DNA from: Lepidodermella squamata
Lineage: Eukaryota; Animalia; Gastrotricha
Direction: 5' to 3'
NCBI GenBank assembly: GCA_047495785.1
Contig: JBLDXI010000007.1
Location: 3,100,001 to 3,164,000, forward strand
Length of the DNA: 64,000 nucleotides
A program made the translations under genes and the position numbers. This document shows, piece after piece, positions 32,441 to 43,580 of this stretch. The notes beneath the pieces are model-generated. The model was given only the letters and a program-made list of their open reading frames with translations. It was not told the origin of the DNA and did no database searches. Each line of letters opens with the position of its first letter. The first letter of the stretch is position 1.

Positions 32441-33472
32441 TTAAAAGACAGGACTTTTCTCTCGCAGATTCTTCATGTCTAGAGCTACCTTTTGATACTC
32501 GGAGCGATCTTGGATGATTTTTCCTGATTTTCTGGAAATTTCGCAAATCTCAGACAAAGGCGAATTTTAACACTGACAGTGCGCTGGATTATTTTCAACT
32601 ATGCACCATGTGCTTAAGCATTTGGAACATGCAGACACTGGTTCAATTTTGACTGGATTGATAAATCTTCTATTTAACACTAAATCATTTTTTCAAGATT
32701 TGAATAGAGCAGAATTATCTCATTTCGGCCGCTTCCTAAATTCAGCCGCTGCGACCAAACCTGGTTGACAAAGAAGGAAAACCCCGAATTTAGGACGCGA
32801 TACTCTACCTCACTCGCCTGCTGCGAAAAATACAATAAATGAAAAGTTTTGTGCACCGTAATTTTTACTTGGAACCACCAACTAATCTTTCGAAAAAAAC
32901 ATTTTCGATTTTGGCCATTTTAGCCGCGCAATTTAAAAATATCTAGCGACCTAGATAAATAACTTTCAAACTTCTGGAACTCTGATAATTTTTGAAAAAT
33001 GAAAAATTGCTTTTGACATTAGGCCTGGTTAGATTCGAGTCGATTTACGTCTACGATTTTCACCATAAAAAGCTTGGGCTTTCCAGCCTGAACCTGTAAA
33101 CCTAGAAATCTTTCGCCTACTTCCCACCTTTACGCAATCGTAATTATGTTTTCTTCGACAATTCAAAATTCGAAGCCATTTTTTCTAGAAAATTTCATAG
33201 TATCAGTGAAGTAAGGTATTTTACCATTAGTACCAGAGACGATTTTCAATCCGATTATAGCATTCGCCGAGAATTTTCCTGAATCGTATAGTCATTTTAG
33301 TAACATAAAATTGAAAAAACTAGAAGAGAAAAGAACCCATTTTGATTGTTGAAAACGAAATTTTACTCAACAATTCGGAAAACACAGTTTTGAATCACCC
33401 ATACTTATCGAAGTGAAAAAATGAACATCAAGGACTAACAACGCGAAACAAAGAAATTGATAAGGATCTCGT

Positions 33473-35431
33473 TCATTCGAGAATCGGCCCGTCTTTCTTC
33501 TCGCAAATCTGAACAGCAGCTCGAGTTTTCGCGATCATTTCAGCCAACAACTTTTTATCCCGCTTCAACCCGAGTCGAATTTTTGGATTTTGATACGCAA
33601 AAATAGCGACCAAATTGGCGAATGAAAGTTGAACACACGCCGTAAAATCATCCATTTTCTTCGCATGAAATCGCTTGGCAAGAGCTTCAACATGTAAATA
33701 ATTGAATTGAACCAAAATTTCAGGCGAAATCGAACAAATTTCGGTCAACACGAAAAACGACTGAATCGTAGCCGAACTGGGCGAGTCTTGAAATTGCCGA
33801 TCCAACAGAATTTTCGCAATATTCGGAAATAAATTTGCCGAAAACAACTTGCCCCATCGTCGTTTCGTCTCGCTATCAGCCAATTTCAGCAAAATAACCA
33901 GAAAAGGCAGCAAAGAATCAATTTTTGTCACTGAATTTTCGAAAATTATTTTCGCCAGTGAAGAATTGCCACGGGCGAGAAATTGGCGGAAAAAGTAGGA
34001 ATCGAACGGTTTCTTCGCGTTTTTCTCCAGCAAAATAACCAGAAATAATTCGGCCAATTGATTCGAATCTTTCGAACTTTTCGAAGCAATAACAGCCCCG
34101 GTATTTGCCAATAATAATTTGACAAATAACTGATTATTCGCATGTAAATTGCGGCCCTGGCAATGGGTTTCGATGTAAGCCTTCAAAATTTGGCTCAATT
34201 CTTCGAAATTATCCGGTTTGAAGCAATGAACTAAAGCGATTGACAGGGTCAAATCTTTGGCGAGAAAATCGTGAATTTCCGGTATTTTCATCATTTCATT
34301 GATTGAATCGATCAAATATCCCATGGCTTGATTTTCATTCCGAATTTTCAAAATATTAAAAATCAGCGATAAAATCGAAATTAGTTGAGGCAGATTTTTC
34401 CAAGGAATCGGCCAATGCACAACAACTGAATCAGCTTTATAAAGAAACGGCGGGAATAACAGCTTCCATTGGTCAGAAATAACGACCAGCAGCGTGAATC
34501 GAAGCATCCAAGTCAGATCGCAAAAATCATGGTAGTAAATTTCGTCCAAGAAAAACGAATGATAATTCAGGAGTAAATTGATGAAAAGCAGGAAAAACGC
34601 CTCGTTGCATTCAACCGCCCGGCGGAACCCAGTTTCAGTGCCGAATGACCGAATTAATTTGACAAATAAATCATCAAACCATTTTCGACCTTTAACCGAT
34701 AGCTCCAAATGTTCGAAAGACGCGAGGAGAATTGTTAAAAATCGAATTTGACCGGAATCCAATTTTTCGAATGAAATGTTCGATTTCAAAATTTTGAAAT
34801 TCGGATGTAGATCAAGGACGTCGAGTACAAATTGCGTGATTTTCACGCCTTCGGTTTTGTCTTTCGCGTAGAGTAGGACGTGGTTAACCATACTAGCCAA
34901 TTCGTCCCAATTTTCGTTCGCTCGACACGCGTCTTCGAGAATTTGGAAAACGCGCGGAATTTCGCGGTTGTTAACGCTGACCATGCCGCGCAGACCGGGC
35001 GGGTAGAACACGTCGAAGCCGAGTGATTTGAAGCAATCACTTCGAATCTGCGTCATTCGATCGCTCGGCTTCAGCCGGTATCGCATGAATGAAAAAGTCA
35101 TCGCCTGGCGGTATTTTTTCAATGCCATCGCGCTTTCGGCTAATTTGTCGCAAACAGCGGATGAAAAATCGAAATCGTTAGCTGCTTTGAGCAGGGATTC
35201 ATAGGCTTTTGCGTGGTTGCCTTCTTGCATTGACGATTCAGCGACTGCGTGGTAGCTGTTGATTTTACGGCGGCGTTCTTCAGATTTAACAAATCCGCCT
35301 CGCGATCGAATTCGAATGTCTTCGAGAAATCGGGAGATATCGTCCTCGTTCGTTAAAGCGACCAGTTTTTGGTGTAAATGAACTGAACCTGGTTCAGCGT
35401 CGTTTCCGAAAACCAGTTTCACAAAATCCAT
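33473..35431 (-). CDS. Array family member, 652 aa (subfamily with 37405)
   Basis: MDFVKLVFGNDA; NWDELASMVNH; GQIRFLT; KKPFDSYFFRQ. Confidence 0.9.
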   Translation of the reverse strand: MDFVKLVFGNDAEPGSVHLHQKLVALTNEDDISRFLEDIRIRSRGGFVKSEERRRKINSYHAVAESSMQEGNHAKAYESLLKAANDFDFSSAVCDKLAESAMALKKYRQAMTFSFMRYRLKPSDRMTQIRSDCFKSLGFDVFYPPGLRGMVSVNNREIPRVFQILEDACRANENWDELASMVNHVLLYAKDKTEGVKITQFVLDVLDLHPNFKILKSNISFEKLDSGQIRFLTILLASFEHLELSVKGRKWFDDLFVKLIRSFGTETGFRRAVECNEAFFLLFINLLLNYHSFFLDEIYYHDFCDLTWMLRFTLLVVISDQWKLLFPPFLYKADSVVVHWPIPWKNLPQLISILSLIFNILKIRNENQAMGYLIDSINEMMKIPEIHDFLAKDLTLSIALVHCFKPDNFEELSQILKAYIETHCQGRNLHANNQLFVKLLLANTGAVIASKSSKDSNQLAELFLVILLEKNAKKPFDSYFFRQFLARGNSSLAKIIFENSVTKIDSLLPFLVILLKLADSETKRRWGKLFSANLFPNIAKILLDRQFQDSPSSATIQSFFVLTEICSISPEILVQFNYLHVEALAKRFHAKKMDDFTACVQLSFANLVAIFAYQNPKIRLGLKRDKKLLAEMIAKTRAAVQICEKKDGPILE

Positions 35432-35801
35432 TGCTGAATTTAAGTTAAAACGCCTATACAAATGAAAATAATAGCCATTTAAGGATCAGAATAACTATTC
35501 GTAAACCACAGAAACAAATTTCAATCTCATTTTTGAAATAATTTCATTAAATTAAAGTGAGGCCCAATTTATACGGAACTCATCACGAATTTTATTGGAT
35601 TTTGGAGTCTTGTAATTTTTCATAAAATCTTTAAAAATCTTCGAAATTCGAAAAGCCTTGCTGTTAAATATACCCAATCAACTAATTTTATCATAAAATA
35701 AAGGATAAGAAATTTATGACAATTCGCTTGACAAATACAAGAAATGACAAGATTTTTCACGGTTTTATCAATGAATAAATAAAACACAAGCGTAATTCAT
35801 T

Positions 35802-36041
35802 AGATGGCAGACCCCAGAAGGTTGAGTCAGGCCAGTAGGAAAACCTCAAATATATTGGTTAAAATGCGTAGAAAGAAGCCTAATTAAATTAGGCCTCGCA
35901 TCAAAAACATCTATTAGGAAAAAACCCGACGGCTCTCGAGGACGACCCAAGAAAGATGGGTCAAACTCGATTGAAATAATAGTAGAAGACGTAGACTGGC
36001 ACGCCACAGAATTAACGGCATTAAATAGAGATGAATGGTAA
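35802..36041 (+). mobile_element. Degenerate RTE-clade LINE 3' fragment
   Basis: RWQTPEG*VRPVGKPQIYWLKCVERSLIKLGL...SRGRPKK...TALNRDEW* is homologous to ORF 6594-6974. Confidence 0.7.
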
Positions 36042-36787
36042 GCAAAGGTTTCAGAATGGGAAAATTATGAATTTTATGGTAAAAGCAAATTGCTAACTGC
36101 GGGGGTGGGCGTTTTTTCTTAAATTTTGCCTTCCTTCGCCTTCCACAAAAACCGAAAGGGTATAGACGCCTTAGTCGCGTGGAAGTCAAATAAAATCATT
36201 CATATTCATAATCATATTCAATTAATTACACATTTGAGTGAACAAATAATAGAAGAGATAATAATAGAATAGAGTTACAAAGCTTATGTTAACGTACCTA
36301 TAGCTGGTGTCAACATCTAATTCGGCTCGCTTAAATAAACTTTTTCAAATGAAATTTTCTTCACAATTGCGAGTCATTTTTTGTAATATTCATGCCGATG
36401 AGAAAGGTAATAATAGCAATTTTTAAGCTACCAAAATATATCAATTCCCGAAATGAAAACCATGCCGTTAAGCATTTTCAAATTACCCAGCAACCGGGTA
36501 ACTGAGAAACGTTCAGAAAAGAGGGTCCCAGGTCCCTAAATTATTTTGACATTATTTTCGGGAAGCGCGGTAATCTAACCGGGTTTTACCTGTTTTTGAA
36601 TGTCATTCTCATTGATTGCATCCTCAGCCTCCGGGATTAGTTTCTTGGATAATTTTAGCTCTGTTATTAGCAGGGTGGTTAAAAACCATCATCCAATCAC
36701 CTGTAACAGGGTGTTCAAACAGCGGAAAATCTGAAAAGAACAGCTTACGCCAATCGAATAATTATTTAGAAACCTGAATCAAAACTC

Positions 36788-36958
36788 ATGGCCAGAAAAT
36801 ATAAAAAATCAAGATAATAGTATTCAAGAATGTCACTTGTCAATAGGATTAAAAAACCGGAGAAATTTGAGCCAATTAGGTAAAATACCGAAAATTACCA
36901 TCGGGGTTTTCCTGGTTTTATACGGAAAATTTTTTCAATTTCTTCGGTTAAATCGCGG
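36788..36958 (+). repeat. Dispersed repeat, copy of 32241-32440
   Basis: Same shared blocks as 32241-32440. Confidence 0.7.
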
Positions 36959-37404
36959 ATGGTATATTCTCTTGGTAGGTTTAATTTAAAAAATTAGTTA
37001 AAATTTCTACAAACATTTGCCCAATTAAAAAATAGTTAACATTTGCTCTTAAAATAGTTGCGCAACTTCTGGGACGCGCTGGTAACATTTTCGAAAAAAG
37101 TCGCCAAGACCAATTATCATGATGAAATTCTCGAGAACAAAAAGAATCCGAAGGCCAACGGATCAAACAGGGCTTGTTTTAGTCTCCGATAAATCCGGTG
37201 AATATTATTCGTATTAAGCTCTAAAAACAAACTAGATTAATTTTCCAAGATTTCATTTAAAATTTATTCTCTCCATCTCTCTCTGCAATAATACGGATAT
37301 ATAATCCGATTAAAAGTTTCACATTATATTATATTTCATATAATTCAGCAGATAATTCGGCAAGATCTTGGAAAATGAGATTCTCAATGAGATTCAATCA
37401 CATA

Positions 37405-39324
37405 TTAGTCCACACAGATTTCTCGACTGTCAAAACTCTCCAGCGACGAGCGCATCCTGTGCAAAATTCTACCCCGAACCTTCCCATTTCGAATCAAATA
37501 ACTTCGAATTCCTGGATTCCGATCGGCAATCAACGCGAGCAGAATTCCGAATCTCAATTCAGCAGCAGCAACAAAATCATTCATTTTTAGTTGATGCAAG
37601 CGGCGAGCAATCGCCTCAACCAAAGTCGAATCGAACAGACTCGAAATTTCGGGTAACATGCAGGAAAACTCGTACAGCACAAGAAAAGATCGAATATAAT
37701 GCTCAGCCTCATCGTCGTCAGCGCCGCCGAAACACCGAAAAAGTCCGTTGATGATACTTTCGACTAAGTCGGAATTTTTAATCAATTTTTTCCAGCGTTT
37801 TTTCGTCTCCGAATTCGCAATTTTCAGCACAACAGCGAGAAGAGACAGTTTCTCGTTAACAAGGCGGGAATCGCTGAATAACTGAGCCAAAATTGTTGAA
37901 TTAGCGAACAGCTGACGAGAAAAAAACGAATCAAACGGCTTTTTGTTGTCATCAACGAGCAGAGATTCGAAAATGTCCGGCAGAATGTCGAGATACAGCG
38001 AAATTTCCGAGCATTTCGATAGAAATAATTTGACGAAAACCTGATTTTTCGCATGATTGATTCGCGTATCAAATCCGATTTTCAAAATATCGTTGAGACA
38101 TTTCAAAGCATTTCTGCCCATCGAATTTTTAACGCAGAATAGCAGTGCGATGGAGAGAGTAACGTCTTGAGCTAAAAATGACCTAATTTCGGACAGCGCG
38201 ACGAGTTTTTTCGTGAAAAACAGCAGATTCGCGACAATCAACTCGTTTTCGCTGCAAATTACTGTCAGAAGAGAAAAAATTGCCATCGATTGGCCGAGTG
38301 CAGCGCCACCAGGTAACGGCTTTTTAATAGTTTCCTCGATTTTACTCAACGCGAAATGCAAAGATTCAGACTGATTTGGGACAATCAATAACAGCAGACA
38401 AAATCGAACAAGCCATGGGAAATCGCTGAGTTGCGACTCAATCATAGAATCAGTCAAAAGTCGAGGGCAATGAGCTGAAATTCCGGCGAAAAGATGGCCA
38501 AAAAATTGCAGATTAGAAAAGGCCTTTCGAAAACCGGCCTCGCCTCCAATCGATATGATCAGAGCCGTTGCGATGTGAGACAGCAATTTATTATTCGACA
38601 CATTTTTGGGGTCAACCGATTCGAATAAAACCGTGAGAAATCGAATTTGGCTCGGCGCCAAGGTGCAGAAATCGATATTCGATTTTAATTTATCGAATTG
38701 AGGATTGCTTTCCAGGGCGCCGAAAACTTGGCCGATGAATGCCGGCCCTTGGTCCGGCGATTTGCCGTACCACAGCGCGTGGTTGACCATTGCCGATAAT
38801 TCGTCCCAATTGTCGCAGGTCCAATTTTGTATAAAATCGAGGCAATTTGAAAAGTCGCTGTATTTCACGCCGAGTTTTCGAGCTTTCGCTTGGTCAATGT
38901 AGTCGAAATTGAGAAGTTTCAACGCCTTGGTTCGAATTTCTACAACGCTGTCGCTTTTTTCTGCGATACAGCATCGCAGATAGGCAAAAGTCAACGCAAT
39001 TCGAGGTTTGGTAACTTTCAGCGCTGTTTTAGCTAGTTTTTCGTAAATTTCAGCCGAAATTTCAAATTTATCAGCGATTTCCAGCAGGTTGTCGAAAGCT
39101 TTTTGGTAGTCTCTGTTTCGCAAAAATGAATCAGCACAGGTTCGATGATGTTCGAGTTCGCCACGATTTTTCTCGAATTTCAAAACGCCTCCCATTGCTC
39201 GTATTCGCATGTCGAAGAAAAATTTCGAAATACTCTCGTCGCTAGTTAGTGAAACGAGACTTTGGTGTAACCTGACAGATGCCATAGGAGCATCGTTGCC
39301 GAAAATAATTTTAACAAGATCCAT
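37405..39324 (-). CDS. Array family member, 639 aa
   Basis: MDLVKIIFGNDA; NWDELSAMVNH; PSQIRFLT; KKPFDSFFSRQ; ELRFG. Confidence 0.9.
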   Translation of the reverse strand: MDLVKIIFGNDAPMASVRLHQSLVSLTSDESISKFFFDMRIRAMGGVLKFEKNRGELEHHRTCADSFLRNRDYQKAFDNLLEIADKFEISAEIYEKLAKTALKVTKPRIALTFAYLRCCIAEKSDSVVEIRTKALKLLNFDYIDQAKARKLGVKYSDFSNCLDFIQNWTCDNWDELSAMVNHALWYGKSPDQGPAFIGQVFGALESNPQFDKLKSNIDFCTLAPSQIRFLTVLFESVDPKNVSNNKLLSHIATALIISIGGEAGFRKAFSNLQFFGHLFAGISAHCPRLLTDSMIESQLSDFPWLVRFCLLLLIVPNQSESLHFALSKIEETIKKPLPGGAALGQSMAIFSLLTVICSENELIVANLLFFTKKLVALSEIRSFLAQDVTLSIALLFCVKNSMGRNALKCLNDILKIGFDTRINHAKNQVFVKLFLSKCSEISLYLDILPDIFESLLVDDNKKPFDSFFSRQLFANSTILAQLFSDSRLVNEKLSLLAVVLKIANSETKKRWKKLIKNSDLVESIINGLFRCFGGADDDEAEHYIRSFLVLYEFSCMLPEISSLFDSTLVEAIARRLHQLKMNDFVAAAELRFGILLALIADRNPGIRSYLIRNGKVRGRILHRMRSSLESFDSREICVD

Positions 39325-41399
39325 TATTATTTTGAATCTAAAAATTTTCCTGAAAAAAACGCGGTAATAAATGTAAATTTAATTCGCAAAAATGAAGTTT
39401 TAAAAAGGCCGCCTTAATAATTTAATCTTATTGTTTTTATCCCGAAAAATGCAAGTTAAAGAAATCTGCATGAGTGATTTGCAAAATGCAAAATTAATAA
39501 ATTTGATAAAATTCGAACAAGCTTGCTAGCAGAAAAACTCACTAATGAAAAGCGAGCCACGAAGTCAAGGTCAGTCGCAAACAAATTTTTTTTACGTCGC
39601 ACACACACACACGCGCGTCAGATTAGGGCAAAATGATTAACAAAACATTTCCTGTCATAGCTAGAAAATAAAAAAGCTAGAAAATCAGAGCATTGCCTGA
39701 GTCAGACATGAGCAAAAGTTAGATGGCCGAGGCATTGGAAATCAAGAACTCTGAAAGAGCCAAAATAATTGGAGTAGTAAGTAGTAGCGTATTTCCTGCT
39801 TGGTATTTTCCATTCTCCAAGACCAGAAGAAGCCGAAAAAAAGATCATTTTTCGGTGAATTTTTCCGTAATTTTTCTCAGCTTCGGCTATTGATAGGGAA
39901 GCATCCAATAGAACCCTTCAAATAATACTTACCAAGATTGCGAATTTCTACGATTACCCATCGAGATCACCGGTGATATCGCGTGGCCCCGCATGTGCCA
40001 TATGCCAAGTCATGCACCAGCTGTTGGTGTAAACGAGAGATCACAGTTGAACTGCATGAATGTCCGAAGTTTTTCATAAATAAAACTGGCCGAGGAAGCT
40101 GAGTGCGATAATAGATACCTAAATGCCATCGATGATCAAGTACTAAGCCAACGAAAATTGTGGAAGAAGAAACTAGTAATCGGGTTTCTAAGGGCGGCTT
40201 TTTATTACTTTGACCTCGAACAGGCGGTAGCGATGACCCAGCGCTCATCGCGAAATAAAACGCCACGAGCGAGCGGTGCTATCTCTAATTATGTTCTCTA
40301 ATTATCAGGTCATCGTAAAACGGCAGCCATTAATTCGAACGCTGAAAAAAATAAAAATCCTCGTCGGTTTGAATGCAAAATTTCTAAGTGCAGTGGTGAA
40401 CTGCTACTATTACTGATCAGAGAAAAAAGATGACTCGTGAACAGTTTAAACGGCCGCTGCTTTTACGTAATCTAAAAGTACCTCAGGCGATTTTAGATCG
40501 ATTGCAACGATAAGATCGATGATTGAGCTCAACATCAAAAGAAAGATTATATGTAATGATAGGGATCTGACATGAAGGAGAACCTGAACCTATTTCCAGC
40601 AATACTGTTTTCCTAACAACGGCAGTTAAGCAATTACCTTGGCGTGGGATAGCTTGGCCGGGAAGCCTGTGTCGAGTTTAAGATTAGACATCCCAAATTC
40701 TGCAAAAAACCACGTTTATTCTCGATGGGAAGATCAAATCACAGCAGACAAGCGACAAGCGATGAAATCAAGTAAATAAAAGCGATCGGGACTGCTGAGT
40801 AGGGAGTAGGGTGTTCGAGCGAGATTTTCGAGGAGTGAGTATTGAACGATAATGTGTTGATATTGCGAAGTGAATGGTTACCAGTGCGTTGACTGTCTTG
40901 TTGAACATCTCAAATAAGCTGCGACGAATAGGTGGAAGTTGACTGAGAACGGGCAGTTTAATGCATGAACTCACTGGAACTTCGCAATTTCTAGCCAACT
41001 GGCTGCCAGACATCACCGGAAAGCAACTTTTCGCAAGATTTATGGAATAATAATGGCTAATTTATCCCTGTCCGAGGCATTCCTATCCGAGCCCTCCGTT
41101 TACGTGAGAACATCCTGACAATCATTTTTTTGCACCTAATTTGTCCATAAATTATGATCTTTAAATAGCTCTCAATGGCGCAACATTCACTCCAGTGCGT
41201 TTTGCCAAATCCCTCGGTACGTTTTACACAAAGCAGCTGTTCAAAATCTTGTGCGACGATTAAAATTCATTGGTCAGCTGCAAAACATGTTTGATCAAGG
41301 AAGTCGTATTCAGGCGGGATCCCTCAGGTTCCTCGTCATTTGTTGAATTTTATTTCTCTCTTCTCATCTCTTTCAAAACTCCCAATTAAAGCAGCATCA

Positions 41400-41638
41400 A
41401 TGCTGGCTTCAGTTTTCTTTATCGCCTTACTGGTAATTTCGTGCTTTCGTCTCTAATCATTTATCATCTATTCCGCGCCTTATAGGTTTGCTCTGTCGCT
41501 GCCGACCCAATTGTCGGCGAAGACACTGGTTTGAGCGCCGCAGCTCGCAATCAAGAAGAGCCGGCGGTGATCCCGATGGCACGCAGCCAAACCTTCAGCG
41601 AACATAGTCGGTTTAGATTCGACCCTTATGGGTTTTGA
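41400..41638 (+). CDS. Small secreted peptide precursor, 61 aa, 2 exons
   Basis: Exon 41400-41432, 53-nt GT-AG intron, exon 41486-41638: MLASVFFIALLVCSVAADPIVGEDTGLSAAARNQEEPAVIPMARSQTFSEHSRFRFDPYGF*. AATAAA at ~41810. Confidence 0.65.
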
Positions 41639-42165
41639 AACGTCAATACTCTTCGAGAAAGCATCAGTGGCCACAGAACTGCAAAAGTAACCTGCAACCT
41701 GCACTATTATATCACCTACCCGCTTCATCTTAATAATTAATCGTGCGTGCGTGCGTGTGGAAATTGAAAATAATGTTAATTCAACGTGATTATGATTTAA
41801 TTTGTGTGAAATAAATGGTGGTTGTTGCTTGGCACATAACTACATGAGAGCGACTCGCTGTCCGGGGCTCAGGCCATGGTATACTTAATAGATTCCTTAA
41901 TTAGAGCAATATTTGATTGCCTTCAACTTCGCGTTGTCGCGCTCAAAACAGGCGATCTGCACCTTCGCTACTAAGCCTAGTCGCTAGTTGATACGCAACG
42001 TTCGTTCAGCCCTGTTGTTCTCGGGCGCCTGTCACGTCGCTGAATCTGTGAACACCCCAGCGTTTTGACGCCCGCAACATTCATGCGCGACATCGCCGAG
42101 TCCGCAAACCCAGCTTTAAAAATAATGTCTTCAGAATTGTCTTAATTTGTCTATCGTTCTTAATG

Positions 42166-42275
42166 CACGTTGAGGCACGTGGAGGCCTGATCTTCAGCTT
42201 TGTCTTCTTGATCAGTGCCTATTGCAGGAAAGTCTACTGATCAGGAAGACAAAGCTGAAGATCAGCCTCAACGTG
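42166..42275. repeat. Long hairpin (30-bp stem, ~19-nt loop, 10-bp outer stem)
   Basis: CTGATCTTCAGCTTTGTCTTCTTGATCAGT pairs with ACTGATCAGGAAGACAAAGCTGAAGATCAG (one G-U). Outer arms CACGTTGAGG / CCTCAACGTG. Confidence 0.85.
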
Positions 42276-42736
42276 TAGTCGGACTCTATTAGATTGAAGC
42301 TATTTTAATTTTGCTTTGATTTGCTTTGTTGTGATTTTTTTCGTAATTACCTTTGTTTAGTTTTTGTTGTAGCATGATGATGGAACAAGGAAGTTCCGAA
42401 ACGTCACTTGTTAAATTGAGAATAAAATCGAACCCGCTAATTTTCTTGTTCTTAGCAATTCTATGAAATACGTTCACTATCTGCGAAGAATGAGAACGTT
42501 GAAGTTGAAACTTGTGTCGCGGGATTCGCCTCGGGATTAAGATCAAATTTCTCCATGGCTAGCCTTGAAAGAGAATTTTGTCAGTTCGTGTTAAAAGTAT
42601 TGATATGGTTCTGCTAATTCCATCTCAAAAAAAGAAGGCAACACGGTTATTATTTCTGAAATCGGCATCATTTCTGTCACGGACATTTTTTATTGTGCCG
42701 AATTAGCTTTTGTCTGAAGAAGTCAAATGTTGACAA

Positions 42737-43010
42737 AAAGCTACCGAATGATTCAGCTTAAGAAATCGTTCAGAAGATTATGCAGCCCTTGAACTCGTCG
42801 ACGTCAGCGAGTCTTAATTCGAATACAACGCCAATTATTTTACGTCTCAGCAATTTTACTTGATCTTATTGCGTTGTCCTAAGAAGGTTTTACGTGATTT
42901 TTGATAGGAACATGAGCGCTATAAATAAAACTAATGACTTATTGCTGATGACTCAGCTTCTTGTACTATAAACTTCAGGGTAAAATGAGAGGTATCAGTT
43001 GGATACGATG
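42737..43010 (-). pseudogene. Duplicated 3' end and 3' flank of the class C GPCR at 44913
   Basis: Aligns to ~44686-44948. Encodes IQLIPLILP* vs LQLIPRILP*; shared downstream AAAAAGCTACCGAATGATTCAGC and similar blocks. Confidence 0.8.
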
Positions 43011-43237
43011 CAAAAACACTTCATTTAATATGGATTTTTATTATCGTATTTTCCTATATAAATGGCATGCAAGATCACTTTTTCTTGCATATTCCAGCTG
43101 CATTTCTCCGAGTTTTTAGCAGATACAGAGGAGAAAAGCTCCATGTAGAAACACGACCGCAACGAACCCGAACCTCGGCCTCCTGTCCAGCACTCAGCGA
43201 TTTTTATCACTGAGCAACAGAAGGAAGCTGTTTTTTT

Positions 43238-43580
43238 TTAAATCGGTGATCTTCCATTCTTGGCGTAGACATTGAAGCCGCTCGGAACGCTCGTGCTCGT
43301 AATAGTGCATTGCGTACTCAACTGGCAAACTTTCGTGGTTTCACTGTAAGCGTAGCCACGGCAGCTCTTGCCAGCCCAGTAGCAGGCATCTCTACAGTTA
43401 ATAGCGTAGTCGGCGTTAAGAGTCGAGTAGACCGAGCCGCACGCGTAATTCACCTCGTTGAAGTCGATAAGAACAGCATCTATCAAGTACGAATGAAAGC
43501 AGTCGGGTTAAGACACCAATCTATCAGAACTCACCAACAAAGGCGACTACAGCAAAAACAGTGATGAGCTTGGAAAGCAT
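43238..43580 (-). CDS. Secreted single PAN/apple-domain protein, 95 aa, 2 exons
   Basis: Exon 43580-43535 (MLSKLITVFAVVAFV), 55-nt GT-AG intron, exon 43479-43238. C...C-x3-C-x6-C.GYAY-x6-C.L pattern. Confidence 0.8.
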
